Sequence record: NC_048747.1
Reading direction: 5' to 3' (one strand)
Length of the DNA stretch: 64,000 bases
Below the pieces are notes generated by a model. It worked only from the letters and a program-made list of their open reading frames with translations, was not told the origin of the DNA and searched no databases. Position 1 is the first letter of the stretch, and each line of letters begins with the position of its first letter. Positions 46,948 to 56,077 of this stretch are shown here, piece by piece. Made by a program: the position numbers and the translations under genes.

Positions 46948-47520
46948 CTAGACCAATGCTTGGTAAACCTTAGCCAAGTTGAACTCTCCATCTATCAAAT
47001 TGCGGCAACACTCTTTATGATGAAGGTAAGTGTAACCGTAAGTTTGATACAACGCTTTCAACATGCTTTCGGTAAACGACTGCACATGTAGCTCAGTGAA
47101 CGAAGCACATAGTCCACTAATATAATTCATAGACACTTCAGCGTCTGTGATGACCAACACCAATAATTCATTAGTGTTATGTACATAGAATTTACTGTAG
47201 TTCTTCAATTCCGTAAGATGTTGTACCTTAGAAAGACGTTTCTGTTCAGTTTTAATTTTACTGAGCAGGATATCTTTATAGTCATCATTAAATTGTTCGA
47301 ACACGTTTCCAACGTCTACACCAAACTTCAAACCGGCGCGGTATTGAGTTAATGCAATGTCGATAACATCTTGCTCAGGTAGTTTATCAAGTAACTGAGG
47401 AAGTTCTGACAAACGGTCAAATCCTATACCTGCTGCATCTAAACTTAGTAACTGTTGGTCGGTTAACACCCAAACCTTTTTAGGTGCGGACAGACCACTA
47501 TTCACAAATTTCATATTCAA
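46948..47520 (-). CDS. Conserved hypothetical protein
   Basis: 190 aa between the helicase and capsid genes. Confidence 0.7.
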   Translation of the reverse strand: MNMKFVNSGLSAPKKVWVLTDQQLLSLDAAGIGFDRLSELPQLLDKLPEQDVIDIALTQYRAGLKFGVDVGNVFEQFNDDYKDILLSKIKTEQKRLSKVQHLTELKNYSKFYVHNTNELLVLVITDAEVSMNYISGLCASFTELHVQSFTESMLKALYQTYGYTYLHHKECCRNLIDGEFNLAKVYQALV

Positions 47521-47559
47521 CCTTTAACCTTTAAAGATATACATTAAATTGGAGCATTT

Positions 47560-49098
47560 ATGAGTCCGCTGTTACAATTAGTCAAGATACTAACGTCTCT
47601 CTATCAAGCGAGCAAGCTGACCGACGAATCTTTGACACAAGAATTACTCGATACCTTGGCGCTCATACCAGAAGCAAAAGGCGACGTATTTACCCAAGAC
47701 AAAAAGATAGAGGTTTCAATCAGGGACACCATTAAGTGGGTTCTGGACCAGCCAAAAGACGAACCGGTCATAAAATCAAACTTAATGCAGCGTGTCCTTG
47801 ATTTCTCTAAAGAAGCTCCAGAATTAAAATCCAGTATCGAATACGGTCTGGAAGATTATCCATCAGAAGAACGTACCCGACAAGTCATCTACCAACACAT
47901 CAAAGAAATCCGTAAAGCACGAGCTGATGAAAAGTTTGGCATGGATTTTAAAGAAGCAATCAAAGAACCTTTCTTTGGTGATCCGTCTAAGATGACCAAA
48001 GAGAAGTGGGCGGCATTAGCTGACATGATTGAAGATCAATTGACTCAAAAGATGTTGGGGGACAAAGACCCTTCATTGGTAGAATCTGTTGATACCGATG
48101 ACCCGGACTCCTTTACTAAGATCATCGAACGAGCCAAAGAAGAATCCTCCGCAGAGGGTGTTCTTAAATTAGGCTTGCAAGGTATGAACCGAGCGCTGTA
48201 TCCAGACTGTGGTTTACGTCGTGGTAAGTTCTACCTGATTAACGCCTTGACTAACCGTGGTAAATCCTTTGGTCTGGGTCACGTGGTAGCGTCTGTTGGT
48301 TTATACAACAAACCGATGCTGCGAGACCGTAGTCGCATCCCTACGGTTCTTCTGGACTCAGCAGAAGATGCGTTAGACGTAATCATTGAGCGTATCTACA
48401 AACTCATCATGGTGAACAAAACGGGTGAGGTTGGAGACTTTGCTTCTACTCCTGCTGCGGACATCGCTAAAGTTATCATCGACGCATTCGCTGAGAATGG
48501 TTGGGTATTGAAGATCAACCGTGTTAACCCAACAGAAGATAACTACTACAACATCACGGACCGTATCCGTAAGTTAGAGATGAAAGGTCATGAGATCATT
48601 TTCTACGCTTACGACTACTTGGCGATGGCTGACTTGAAAGGTATGACTGGTGAAACCAAAGGTGATAAGTTACAAGACTTGTATCGTCGTACACGTGCTT
48701 TCATGGTAAACCGTGGTATTGCGTTTGTGACACCTCACCAGTTATCGCCAGAAGCGAAGAAACACTTGCGTGAAGCAGATGATGAATCTGAGCTTTACTT
48801 TGCTCGTGAGGTTGGTGGTAAGTCCATGACTGAGACTTCCACGAAGATTACCAACGAAGTGGATTATGAGTTTACTTTCCACGTTGCTAAACCGGGTGGT
48901 GATAAAGCCTACTTCACTTGGTCCTTGGGTAAAGCACGTGGTGGTGAGGGTTCTCCGATGAGTGACCGCTTTGGCATTTATGACCTCGACCCAACTAAAG
49001 GGTTAGTTCACGACATTAATGGTAAGAACCAATGTCGTCGTTCGTTTAAAGTTCAGCTTGATGATGACGGTAACGAGTTCGACGATTTCGATGCATAA
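47560..49098 (+). CDS. dnaB: DnaB-like replicative helicase
   Basis: GLRRG..INALTNRGKS Walker A, YDYL Walker B region, TPHQLS, KARG. Confidence 0.85.
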   Translation: MSPLLQLVKILTSLYQASKLTDESLTQELLDTLALIPEAKGDVFTQDKKIEVSIRDTIKWVLDQPKDEPVIKSNLMQRVLDFSKEAPELKSSIEYGLEDYPSEERTRQVIYQHIKEIRKARADEKFGMDFKEAIKEPFFGDPSKMTKEKWAALADMIEDQLTQKMLGDKDPSLVESVDTDDPDSFTKIIERAKEESSAEGVLKLGLQGMNRALYPDCGLRRGKFYLINALTNRGKSFGLGHVVASVGLYNKPMLRDRSRIPTVLLDSAEDALDVIIERIYKLIMVNKTGEVGDFASTPAADIAKVIIDAFAENGWVLKINRVNPTEDNYYNITDRIRKLEMKGHEIIFYAYDYLAMADLKGMTGETKGDKLQDLYRRTRAFMVNRGIAFVTPHQLSPEAKKHLREADDESELYFAREVGGKSMTETSTKITNEVDYEFTFHVAKPGGDKAYFTWSLGKARGGEGSPMSDRFGIYDLDPTKGLVHDINGKNQCRRSFKVQLDDDGNEFDDFDA

Positions 49099-49115
49099 AA
49101 AAATAAGTGAGTAAG

Positions 49116-49149
49116 TAACTCCTACCTCCCATTTGGGAGGTAGGAGTTA
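49116..49149. terminator. Bidirectional terminator hairpin, CCTAC family
   Basis: 15-bp stem TAACTCCTACCTCCC/GGGAGGTAGGAGTTA. Confidence 0.75.
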
Positions 49150-49155
49150 TAATTG

Positions 49156-49461
49156 TTAATGATCAAATGTTATTGGCATATCTAAGATATCGTCACCCGT
49201 AAATTGTTCATCTTCTTCAAAATAGTAAGGAATGTATTCCTGAGGTTTTTCGTAAATCAACACGGGCCAAATAGAAGCACATGCTGATGTACAAAAATCT
49301 CTAGTCCCTAATGAAGGTTGGTCTTCATTACGAGTAGAGTCCAATATACCCACGGTGATTGCTCCCGTAGCCGCACCTAGTAAAGTCATTTTCAGGTCTT
49401 CTGTTGTAGCCCCAGTAATAGCGGTACCAAACATAGCACCTAAGACAGCAGGTACGTTCAA
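49156..49461 (-). CDS. Small glycine-zipper membrane protein
   Basis: LGAMFGTAITGA and LLGAATGAITVG; GAGGG RBS; TTG start. Confidence 0.55.
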   Translation of the reverse strand: MNVPAVLGAMFGTAITGATTEDLKMTLLGAATGAITVGILDSTRNEDQPSLGTRDFCTSACASIWPVLIYEKPQEYIPYYFEEDEQFTGDDILDMPITFDH

Positions 49462-49521
49462 ATTACCCTCCTTATAATTACACTACCCAGTCTTTCGACC
49501 AGGTAGTGTATTCGTTAAATG

Positions 49522-49884
49522 TTAAAATGGTAGTTTGTCCGACGGTATCGGGTTCTCTACGGGCTCTGGTAAGGTTTCTTCCATTAAGTCCCACGCTAGG
49601 TCCACCACAACTGGTTTTACACAGTAGCGAACCTCATAGGGTGTTAGAAACAGATGTACCTTTAAATCAGCATGCCTGTATTTCTCCCGGATGTCAGGAC
49701 GAGATATAACGTATGGTCTCAGTATACGAAAGAGTTCACGCGTTAATTCTTGTTGAAGGTTTTGATAAAGATAGGGATCTTCAAAATCATCCAACGTGTA
49801 GTTAAGTTGGTTAAGGAATTTATACACCTCCCTAAAGAAGGGAGGTTGTATTTCATCTACGAGGGACATTTTACCATCCAACAA
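49522..49884 (-). CDS. Hypothetical protein
   Basis: 120 aa ORF. Confidence 0.65.
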   Translation of the reverse strand: MLDGKMSLVDEIQPPFFREVYKFLNQLNYTLDDFEDPYLYQNLQQELTRELFRILRPYVISRPDIREKYRHADLKVHLFLTPYEVRYCVKPVVVDLAWDLMEETLPEPVENPIPSDKLPF

Positions 49885-51733
49885 ATTCCAGAGGTGATAG
49901 GGCCAAGTACAACGCTTCTGCGATAGATTGTCCTAAAGTAGGAAAGCTTTCTATTTGCATTGTTCCTTTGTTAGCGATTAAAGTTTCATAAGTTGTTTTG
50001 ATCTCTTCAGTCAATCCTAGCGTATCTTCGGATTTAGGGAGTAGAACTAAACAACGAATAATCGTGTCGATGGAAATTGGGCGCGCGCTAAAGTACTGAT
50101 TTAGTACGTTATCCAAATCACCACCTTGGTATTTAAGTTTGTCACCTAAGCGGTCTAGGACATACTTCACCACTTTAACTTCATCTGTGGAACTTTGCAA
50201 TTTAACTTGAAACGTGGCTTCTGGGGCTTCTGACTGAGATAAGATGGGTTGTTCAGCCGGAGTGTTGTTAACGATTGGGATCTTGATCTCGTTAACGTCA
50301 TCGAAAACTCCTTCCAAGTTAATCTGATTTTCTAACGCCAATAAAGCTAGAAGATAGACTTCATCTTTTGCATGTTCAATCACCGTTTGAATTTCTTCAG
50401 AAGTGTACTGACGATCTTCAAATAAGAAAGGTGTTGTGCCGGCGATGAATTCCTCTGCTTGTAAACGCGACTTAGTCATCAATTTAGCAAGTGGGGTGTC
50501 TTCTTTTGCTTTCTCTTCCACGTCCTTCTTCGCTTGTAACTTGACACGGATGTTGTGCCAAGCAGTCACCCCTTTCAACACACCACCAAATGTACCGTGG
50601 TATTTTTGGAGCAGAGAACGGATGTAACAGTCTAGCTTCATGAAATCTTCCAATTCGTAATGAGTAACGATGTACTCTGGTTCACGAGTGTGGAAGTCGG
50701 AGTAAAGTCTTGACAACAGTCTTGCTTCCTTACGAGAGAACTTTTCCTCCGCAACTGTGTTGAAAGCATGTTCTATACTTTGCAAACAGAACGACGGTCT
50801 ATTTGACGTTCCCGCACATCCTAATAGCTGAGCGATGTTTGGAGAAGTACTAGCCGGTCTTACGTAGGTTTGGATTAAAGCGTAAGTCTCCATGTTCGAA
50901 TACTGCGCACCAAAATTAGAAAGTAACTTTTGGTAATTTTTCGGTTCTAGGAGGATAGGTTCTTTAGGTATTTCGCCAAGCAACAATAAGTTGGTTAAAC
51001 TAATCAACTTAGGTTCGTACTTAACTCCACTTAATTTACCTAGATGCTTTAGAACCAATTCGTACAACGGTGTTGGATCACTTAAGTCCAAAGCACGAGT
51101 CCCAAATGGAATTGGGGCACTTATTAAGTTCGTGACTCTCATTCCAAATTCAGCTAATTGAGCAGCTTGCACGGAACCATGACTCACTGACGTTTGATTG
51201 AGACAATTAGTGAGGTCAAGTGCTGTAATTTTCTTCGCATCAAATGATGAATTAGTAACATCAGGAGTGAAGACAGCTTTGAAACTTTCCCCTAACCCAA
51301 TGGATGAACATGCATACTCAAAATTAGAGTAGACGTTGCTCGGCAACGTTTTGTTAACTGTTTCACCTAACACCAACCAATGCATGAAGGTTTCTGATAC
51401 CGGCGGTGGTACCTGGGTTAAAGTGGATAAAGTACGAACACACTTGTTGTAGTAAGTCTCGCCAAACGCAAGTGGTGCAGAGATGATGTTGTGGTTGAAA
51501 TTTCTATTGAAGAAGCCGGTACTGTTTTGCAACAAGTTAAGTGCGTCAACCATTTCCAACTCTAAAGATACAGTGTAGTTGCAGAGACTCTTTAAGATAT
51601 CATTTCTCTTCTTAAGGAGTTGTAATGCTAGGTTAGGACAAATTTTAGACATGAAGTCTTTCACATTGGTCTCAGGAAGTTCAAAGTCAAGTACGATACC
51701 AACTTCAACTAATAGTTTGTTAACGTTTTTCAT
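49871..51733 (-). CDS. Hypothetical protein, predicted helical
   Basis: 620 aa ORF with AGAGG RBS. Confidence 0.8.
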   Translation of the reverse strand: MKNVNKLLVEVGIVLDFELPETNVKDFMSKICPNLALQLLKKRNDILKSLCNYTVSLELEMVDALNLLQNSTGFFNRNFNHNIISAPLAFGETYYNKCVRTLSTLTQVPPPVSETFMHWLVLGETVNKTLPSNVYSNFEYACSSIGLGESFKAVFTPDVTNSSFDAKKITALDLTNCLNQTSVSHGSVQAAQLAEFGMRVTNLISAPIPFGTRALDLSDPTPLYELVLKHLGKLSGVKYEPKLISLTNLLLLGEIPKEPILLEPKNYQKLLSNFGAQYSNMETYALIQTYVRPASTSPNIAQLLGCAGTSNRPSFCLQSIEHAFNTVAEEKFSRKEARLLSRLYSDFHTREPEYIVTHYELEDFMKLDCYIRSLLQKYHGTFGGVLKGVTAWHNIRVKLQAKKDVEEKAKEDTPLAKLMTKSRLQAEEFIAGTTPFLFEDRQYTSEEIQTVIEHAKDEVYLLALLALENQINLEGVFDDVNEIKIPIVNNTPAEQPILSQSEAPEATFQVKLQSSTDEVKVVKYVLDRLGDKLKYQGGDLDNVLNQYFSARPISIDTIIRCLVLLPKSEDTLGLTEEIKTTYETLIANKGTMQIESFPTLGQSIAEALYLALSPLEFVGW

Positions 51734-51772
51734 GGTGATTCCTCTATAAAGGTTTATTAAATAATAAGGGTG

Positions 51773-51803
51773 ATCTTACACCCAGGTAATATGGGTGTAA
51801 GAT
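51773..51803. terminator. Intergenic hairpin
   Basis: 12-bp stem ATCTTACACCCA/TGGGTGTAAGAT. Confidence 0.65.
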
Positions 51804-51813
51804 ATTTTAAGTG

Positions 51814-52146
51814 TTAAAAAGTGACTGAGATGATCTGATCTTTCAGTTCTTCTATTTCTGATACGTCGACGTAGCCATAGAGTGTAGTCTCATGGAGGTA
51901 GTCGATATAATACAAGACATTACGAATATTGGCTTCACACTGGGTGAGTGCCTTTAACGCAACCAGCTGTCCAGAGAGTGCACAAGCCATCAAGTTAAGG
52001 AAATTACCATTTGGGTGTAAACACTCGTGCGGCAGTGTGGTTTGAAGTCCTAGGACTAGGATGGTGTCGTCTTGGTGTTGCTTTGGATCGATTGGTCCGG
52101 ACTCTTCCATTTTGTCAGAGAAAGCTTGGATGATTTCCTTTAGCAT
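51814..52146 (-). CDS. Hypothetical protein
   Basis: 110 aa ORF. Confidence 0.7.
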   Translation of the reverse strand: MLKEIIQAFSDKMEESGPIDPKQHQDDTILVLGLQTTLPHECLHPNGNFLNLMACALSGQLVALKALTQCEANIRNVLYYIDYLHETTLYGYVDVSEIEELKDQIISVTF

Positions 52147-52158
52147 AATAGTTCCTGT

Positions 52159-52608
52159 TCAGTAAGTTAAGATTTTGTCGATAGCCTTATTGAGCGCTCT
52201 TGAGAGTTTCACAGTTTCAGTCACTCCCATTCGTTCTAAGGATTCGGCAATCACTACGCTCCTTGGTTTTTCTTCAAACTGATGACGGTGATTAAAAACG
52301 TCCGACAACGTCTGACCAAATGCCAAGCACTGATGATGGTGTTTAAAGCCAAGGTTAAACTCAGCATAACAACACCCAGCAATGAACACAGCTCCCTGGT
52401 AGTTCTGTTTATAATTATGGTAGTTTAAGAACTCAGTTTGACGTTGAATACGCTCGTTGTTTAAAAACAAGTGAACGTTGTCAAAACCGAGCCTGGAAAG
52501 GTAGTGGGTTAAATAACCTACAAACACTTCTTGTTCTGGGTTGATACGATAGAAGATGTTGTAAAACAATCCAACAAAGTACAGATAAGCCTTATTCAAG
52601 ATCTTCAT
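52159..52608 (-). CDS. Hypothetical protein
   Basis: 149 aa, ATGA-coupled. Confidence 0.7.
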   Translation of the reverse strand: MKILNKAYLYFVGLFYNIFYRINPEQEVFVGYLTHYLSRLGFDNVHLFLNNERIQRQTEFLNYHNYKQNYQGAVFIAGCCYAEFNLGFKHHHQCLAFGQTLSDVFNHRHQFEEKPRSVVIAESLERMGVTETVKLSRALNKAIDKILTY

Positions 52609-53009
52609 GCCATGACTCGCTCTTTTAATGCTTCTTCCACAGAACCGATCATTCGTTCCAAGTAGTCCAGTGCAACGTCCGCTACGTTAACAATGATTTC
52701 TTCATTATCGTAGAACTTACTCGGCATAGCGATCATCTCCATCGTAACTGTTTCTTTGTCATATCCCGAACCCAGTAGTCGTACACCTTCGGATAAAGTG
52801 TATGCAGTGACTTGAGATTTTCTGTCATCGAAACGAGTGTGGATCTTGAGGTGGAAATAGGCGACGGTAAATAACGCTTTCGTCTCTTGGTCTTTAATAC
52901 CCAAGTTGGTAATGTGGAGGGAGGAGCGGTTAATGTCAACGGGTTTAAGTTTTTGACTTAAACCCAACACACCTCGGTAGTGGTCTATGAGAGTGCGATA
53001 TTTAGTCAT
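52605..53009 (-). CDS. Hypothetical protein
   Basis: AAGGA RBS favours the MTKYRT start at 53009. Confidence 0.7.
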   Translation of the reverse strand: MTKYRTLIDHYRGVLGLSQKLKPVDINRSSLHITNLGIKDQETKALFTVAYFHLKIHTRFDDRKSQVTAYTLSEGVRLLGSGYDKETVTMEMIAMPSKFYDNEEIIVNVADVALDYLERMIGSVEEALKERVMA

Positions 53010-53023
53010 GGTGGAGTCCTTGT

Positions 53024-53530
53024 TTATTTTAGTGCTTTCTGTGTTATTGTCTTCGCATCGTTTAAGTGACACCATAAGTGTCCGATGAGTGTTGTCAGTA
53101 GTTCTATTGTAGGTTCTCGATCCAAAGTAGTTCTTAGCTTCTTTTCACAACTGGTTAAACTAAAAACGACTTGTTCCCCATTAGCCCATAAATGGACTGT
53201 GCTGGTTTCTCCTACGTAATCTCCGGTATCAGGTTCAACTAATAGCCCGACCGGGCGGTGATCATTTACAACACCACCGTCTTGTAAGTGTTTTACATAC
53301 TCCTGCAAGGTTTTGATGAGACGTTCTATTTTGTTGAACGCCGACTCGATGTTAAGTTCTCGAAGGGGGTATTCTTTCAATGACACTTCACGATGTAATG
53401 TAACATCCGTTTTATTTAGATAGATGGTGAAATACATCTTCAGCAAATTGTTGTCATTGACCGAACAACTGTAAGCGACCATGCTCAACCCTTTGTCACT
53501 CAAGAACTCTCTTCTTCCGATCTTTTTCAT
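53024..53530 (-). CDS. Hypothetical protein
   Basis: 168 aa, ATGA-coupled. Confidence 0.7.
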   Translation of the reverse strand: MKKIGRREFLSDKGLSMVAYSCSVNDNNLLKMYFTIYLNKTDVTLHREVSLKEYPLRELNIESAFNKIERLIKTLQEYVKHLQDGGVVNDHRPVGLLVEPDTGDYVGETSTVHLWANGEQVVFSLTSCEKKLRTTLDREPTIELLTTLIGHLWCHLNDAKTITQKALK

Positions 53531-54024
53531 GACACCACCAATTTAGCCAATGCCTTGTTGTGTTGTTTCGCCAAGTCCGTCAATGTTAAAAGTACATCCA
53601 CCATCTCTTCATCTCCCATAGAGAAATACGTGGTAGAGGTTCCTATTTGTATGATCATTTTAAAAGAGTCCTTAAAATGATGTTGAATGGAAATGGTGAC
53701 TTGGTCGTGGATGTCTCGATGTGGGACCACCCAAGATCGCTGCCGACTTCCTTCACTGTCCGAAGTGGTAATAAACTCATGGACTTTATCCAACACACCA
53801 ATAAGTTCGGTAACGTGTTGGATGTGACGGTTCAGTTCTTGGTTCAGGGTATTATCAACGTCCAACATACAAAACACGGAGGCGGTGTTTCGGTTCTTGA
53901 TGGAATAACCCACATTAATGAATCTTCCTTTGTACGACTCACTAATAAAGAATTCAGCACAACACAGTGCACCTTCATCGTTAGTTAACCAATCTCGAAC
54001 GTAATGGTTTCTTAGATCACTCAT
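53527..54024 (-). CDS. Hypothetical protein, possible paralog of 53024..53530
   Basis: 165 aa, ATGA-coupled, similar N-terminal pattern. Confidence 0.7.
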   Translation of the reverse strand: MSDLRNHYVRDWLTNDEGALCCAEFFISESYKGRFINVGYSIKNRNTASVFCMLDVDNTLNQELNRHIQHVTELIGVLDKVHEFITTSDSEGSRQRSWVVPHRDIHDQVTISIQHHFKDSFKMIIQIGTSTTYFSMGDEEMVDVLLTLTDLAKQHNKALAKLVVS

Positions 54025-54860
54025 ACACGCTCCAGGTCCTTAGGAGTGTAAAGCGATTGAACTGACATCTTTCCTCTTAACACCTCGGTTAGATCTTTCA
54101 GGTCACGCAGTTCAATACGACGGATTTTAACCAGTAGTTTGTCTTTAAGGATGTACGCCGACTTGAAGTGATACCCTTTGATGTAAGCCAAGTGTTCTTC
54201 GGTTTCCGACTCAGGATCAAACCGAACTGTATCAAACGTCCCGACATGAGAAGTGAGTAACCCTAAGCAGTCAAAGTCATACATTTCTACCCGAGTTGTC
54301 ATTAACTCTGTGAAACGCTGGAGTTTTCTAGGGAGTTGAACTTTATCCACGTAACGTTTACCAATCGACTTAGGACCCAGGTGCTTTGTGTAAACCAGTT
54401 TAGGGAAGTAATCAACGACCTTAGACTCTACCGCAGACTCTTCAATCAAGAACTTACTTACTCGACGCATTGCTCTGACCGCCCTAGCAATTTTCTCATC
54501 ATCCATTTGAAGACGATCAAGTCGCTCTAAGAAGCGATACATGTCCATAGATTCATCTCGGTATTTTTCTAACCACTCTTCGAACACATTCACACCATCG
54601 ATCGATTTCTTATCTCCTTTATTACACCAGATACGTTGCAGTGTAGGATAGTATTTGTGTTCTTTATTTTCATCCAACAGCTTAATGATTTCTCGTTCGT
54701 TCTCTAGACCTGCTCTCCAACCCGGTAATGAGTCACAAGCATCATACCAGTAGTCGTGATTACAAATGCGCTGGTATAGTTTTAACAACTCAGGTTGTTG
54801 TGACATAATGTTCTTTTCAAAGCGAGTAGCGAAACGTTGGGTGTAAGTTAGTTTAGTCAT
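54021..54860 (-). CDS. Hypothetical protein
   Basis: 279 aa; HDYWYDACDSLPGWRAG resembles a small HDW-Y..DD..W..G motif I recall from phage proteins. Confidence 0.7.
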   Translation of the reverse strand: MTKLTYTQRFATRFEKNIMSQQPELLKLYQRICNHDYWYDACDSLPGWRAGLENEREIIKLLDENKEHKYYPTLQRIWCNKGDKKSIDGVNVFEEWLEKYRDESMDMYRFLERLDRLQMDDEKIARAVRAMRRVSKFLIEESAVESKVVDYFPKLVYTKHLGPKSIGKRYVDKVQLPRKLQRFTELMTTRVEMYDFDCLGLLTSHVGTFDTVRFDPESETEEHLAYIKGYHFKSAYILKDKLLVKIRRIELRDLKDLTEVLRGKMSVQSLYTPKDLERV

Positions 54861-54904
54861 AATGTGTTCTCTTTGTTATCAGTTGTTATCGTGACCTAAC
54901 GGTC

Positions 54905-55097
54905 GTTAGTCTAGTATACGTTAAATAACCTTTATACGTATTACTTCGTAATACTCACCGTATATACTCCCATCACTTCGTAATGTCGTATATACTCTAA
55001 GGTATATTTAACTTAGTATATTAATTAAATTATCTTCGATGTTTTTCAAGTCTTTGCCCCTCCCCCATTAGGATAACTTTCACAGTAAGAAAATATT
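54905..55097. repeat. AT-rich non-coding region with direct/inverted repeats and CCCCTCCCCC
   Basis: ACTTCGTAAT x2 (54943, 54975), CGTATATACTC x2 (54959, 54987), hairpin GTATTAC-TTC-GTAATAC, C-tract 55057-55066. Confidence 0.65.
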
Positions 55098-55409
55098 TTA
55101 CTTAGATTCAAAATAATCAAGTAATAGGGTTCCGTGAACTAAGTTATTAAACTCAGATACTACGAAGTCACACTTTAATGACTTTAAAGCAGAGATCAGG
55201 AATTTATCTGATGCTTGATCAACGTACTGGTTATACCAAGTTCCATTGCTCCATCGGAAAATGTCGTAAGCATTAACGAAGTACAAGTCCTTGTATCGAG
55301 TTATCCTTAAAGTGAGTTCTTCTTCCGGACTGGTCCGTATTAATAGTCTGGCGACGTTCTCATAAGGAAAGTCTTTGGGTTTCTTTTTGAAACAGTTAAA
55401 TAAACGCAT
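55098..55409 (-). CDS. Possible KilA-N-like DNA-binding protein
   Basis: LRITRYKDLYFVNAYDIFR..W..KFLISAL resembles the KilA-N Y(I/V)NAT..W..F..L pattern. Confidence 0.4.
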   Translation of the reverse strand: MRLFNCFKKKPKDFPYENVARLLIRTSPEEELTLRITRYKDLYFVNAYDIFRWSNGTWYNQYVDQASDKFLISALKSLKCDFVVSEFNNLVHGTLLLDYFESK

Positions 55410-55410
55410 C

Positions 55411-55572
55411 TTAACGCTCCCTGGTAACCGTTTTGTTGAGTTCTCTAATCAATACAGCCTGAAAGTCTTTATCACTGTCTCTGTCCGTTTTACGGCGTTT
55501 TGTTTGATTCTGGATAACTGGTTTAGAGTGATGACCGAAATAAGGTGAGACAGGATTAACTTTTAAAAACAT
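55411..55572 (-). CDS. Small 53 aa protein below the ORF-track cutoff
   Basis: MFLKVNPVSPYFGHHSKPVIQNQTKRRKTDRDSDKDFQAVLIRELNKTVTRER; GGAG RBS; stop 1 nt from the next ATG. Confidence 0.6.
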   Translation of the reverse strand: MFLKVNPVSPYFGHHSKPVIQNQTKRRKTDRDSDKDFQAVLIRELNKTVTRER

Positions 55573-55580
55573 AATAAACT

Positions 55581-55620
55581 CCTATACTCAGAGACCCCGA
55601 AGGATCCCTGAGTATTTAGG
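55581..55620 (-). terminator. Imperfect hairpin with UUCG loop
   Basis: CCTATACTCAG..CC-CGAA-GG..CTGAGTATTTAGG. Confidence 0.5.
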
Positions 55621-55624
55621 TGGA

Positions 55625-56023
55625 TTAAAGGTGTACGACGTTATTTAAACCAGTTTCGTTTAACTGATGGTGACTACGAAGTTGGTTGTACTCTTCTTGG
55701 TAGCTGATCTCTGGTTCTCTTGTATCAGACTTACGAACATTATACACGTCCATCTGGAACGAGTAGCTGGTGATCCCTCTACGGCGCACCATTTGGAAAG
55801 TGTAGTTGATGTTCAAGTTATCCATAATGGCAAAGATGCGATTAAGTGAGATACTTTTAACACTACCGTTCTTAATAGAACTTAACGTTGAAGGGTTCAC
55901 TTTAGCCATCTCCGCCATCGCTTTAATACTCTTCACTTTATGGTGACGGTAAATCCAGCTGCTTAGTTGAACTAGTGCGAAGATACGAATTTGGTTTAGT
56001 GAACCGTCTTTCTTGATAGTCAT
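55625..56023 (-). CDS. XRE/Cro-C1-type HTH regulator
   Basis: SIKAMAEMAKVNPSTLSSIKNG..ISLNRIFAIMDNL. Confidence 0.75.
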   Translation of the reverse strand: MTIKKDGSLNQIRIFALVQLSSWIYRHHKVKSIKAMAEMAKVNPSTLSSIKNGSVKSISLNRIFAIMDNLNINYTFQMVRRRGITSYSFQMDVYNVRKSDTREPEISYQEEYNQLRSHHQLNETGLNNVVHL

Positions 56024-56077
56024 GGTATAAATCCTTAATTAATGTATTGGTAAAATCGGTTGTTATCGGTTGATGAA

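Noticed and set aside
41689-49098. Inteins, introns or homing endonucleases in the RNAP subunit or helicase genes
   Set aside because: Lengths are ordinary and no C/S...HN splice ends or LAGLIDADG/HNH/GIY-YIG motifs are seen
54905-55000. Possible mini-CRISPR array
   Set aside because: Only two short imperfect repeats with tiny, irregular spacers; no cas genes
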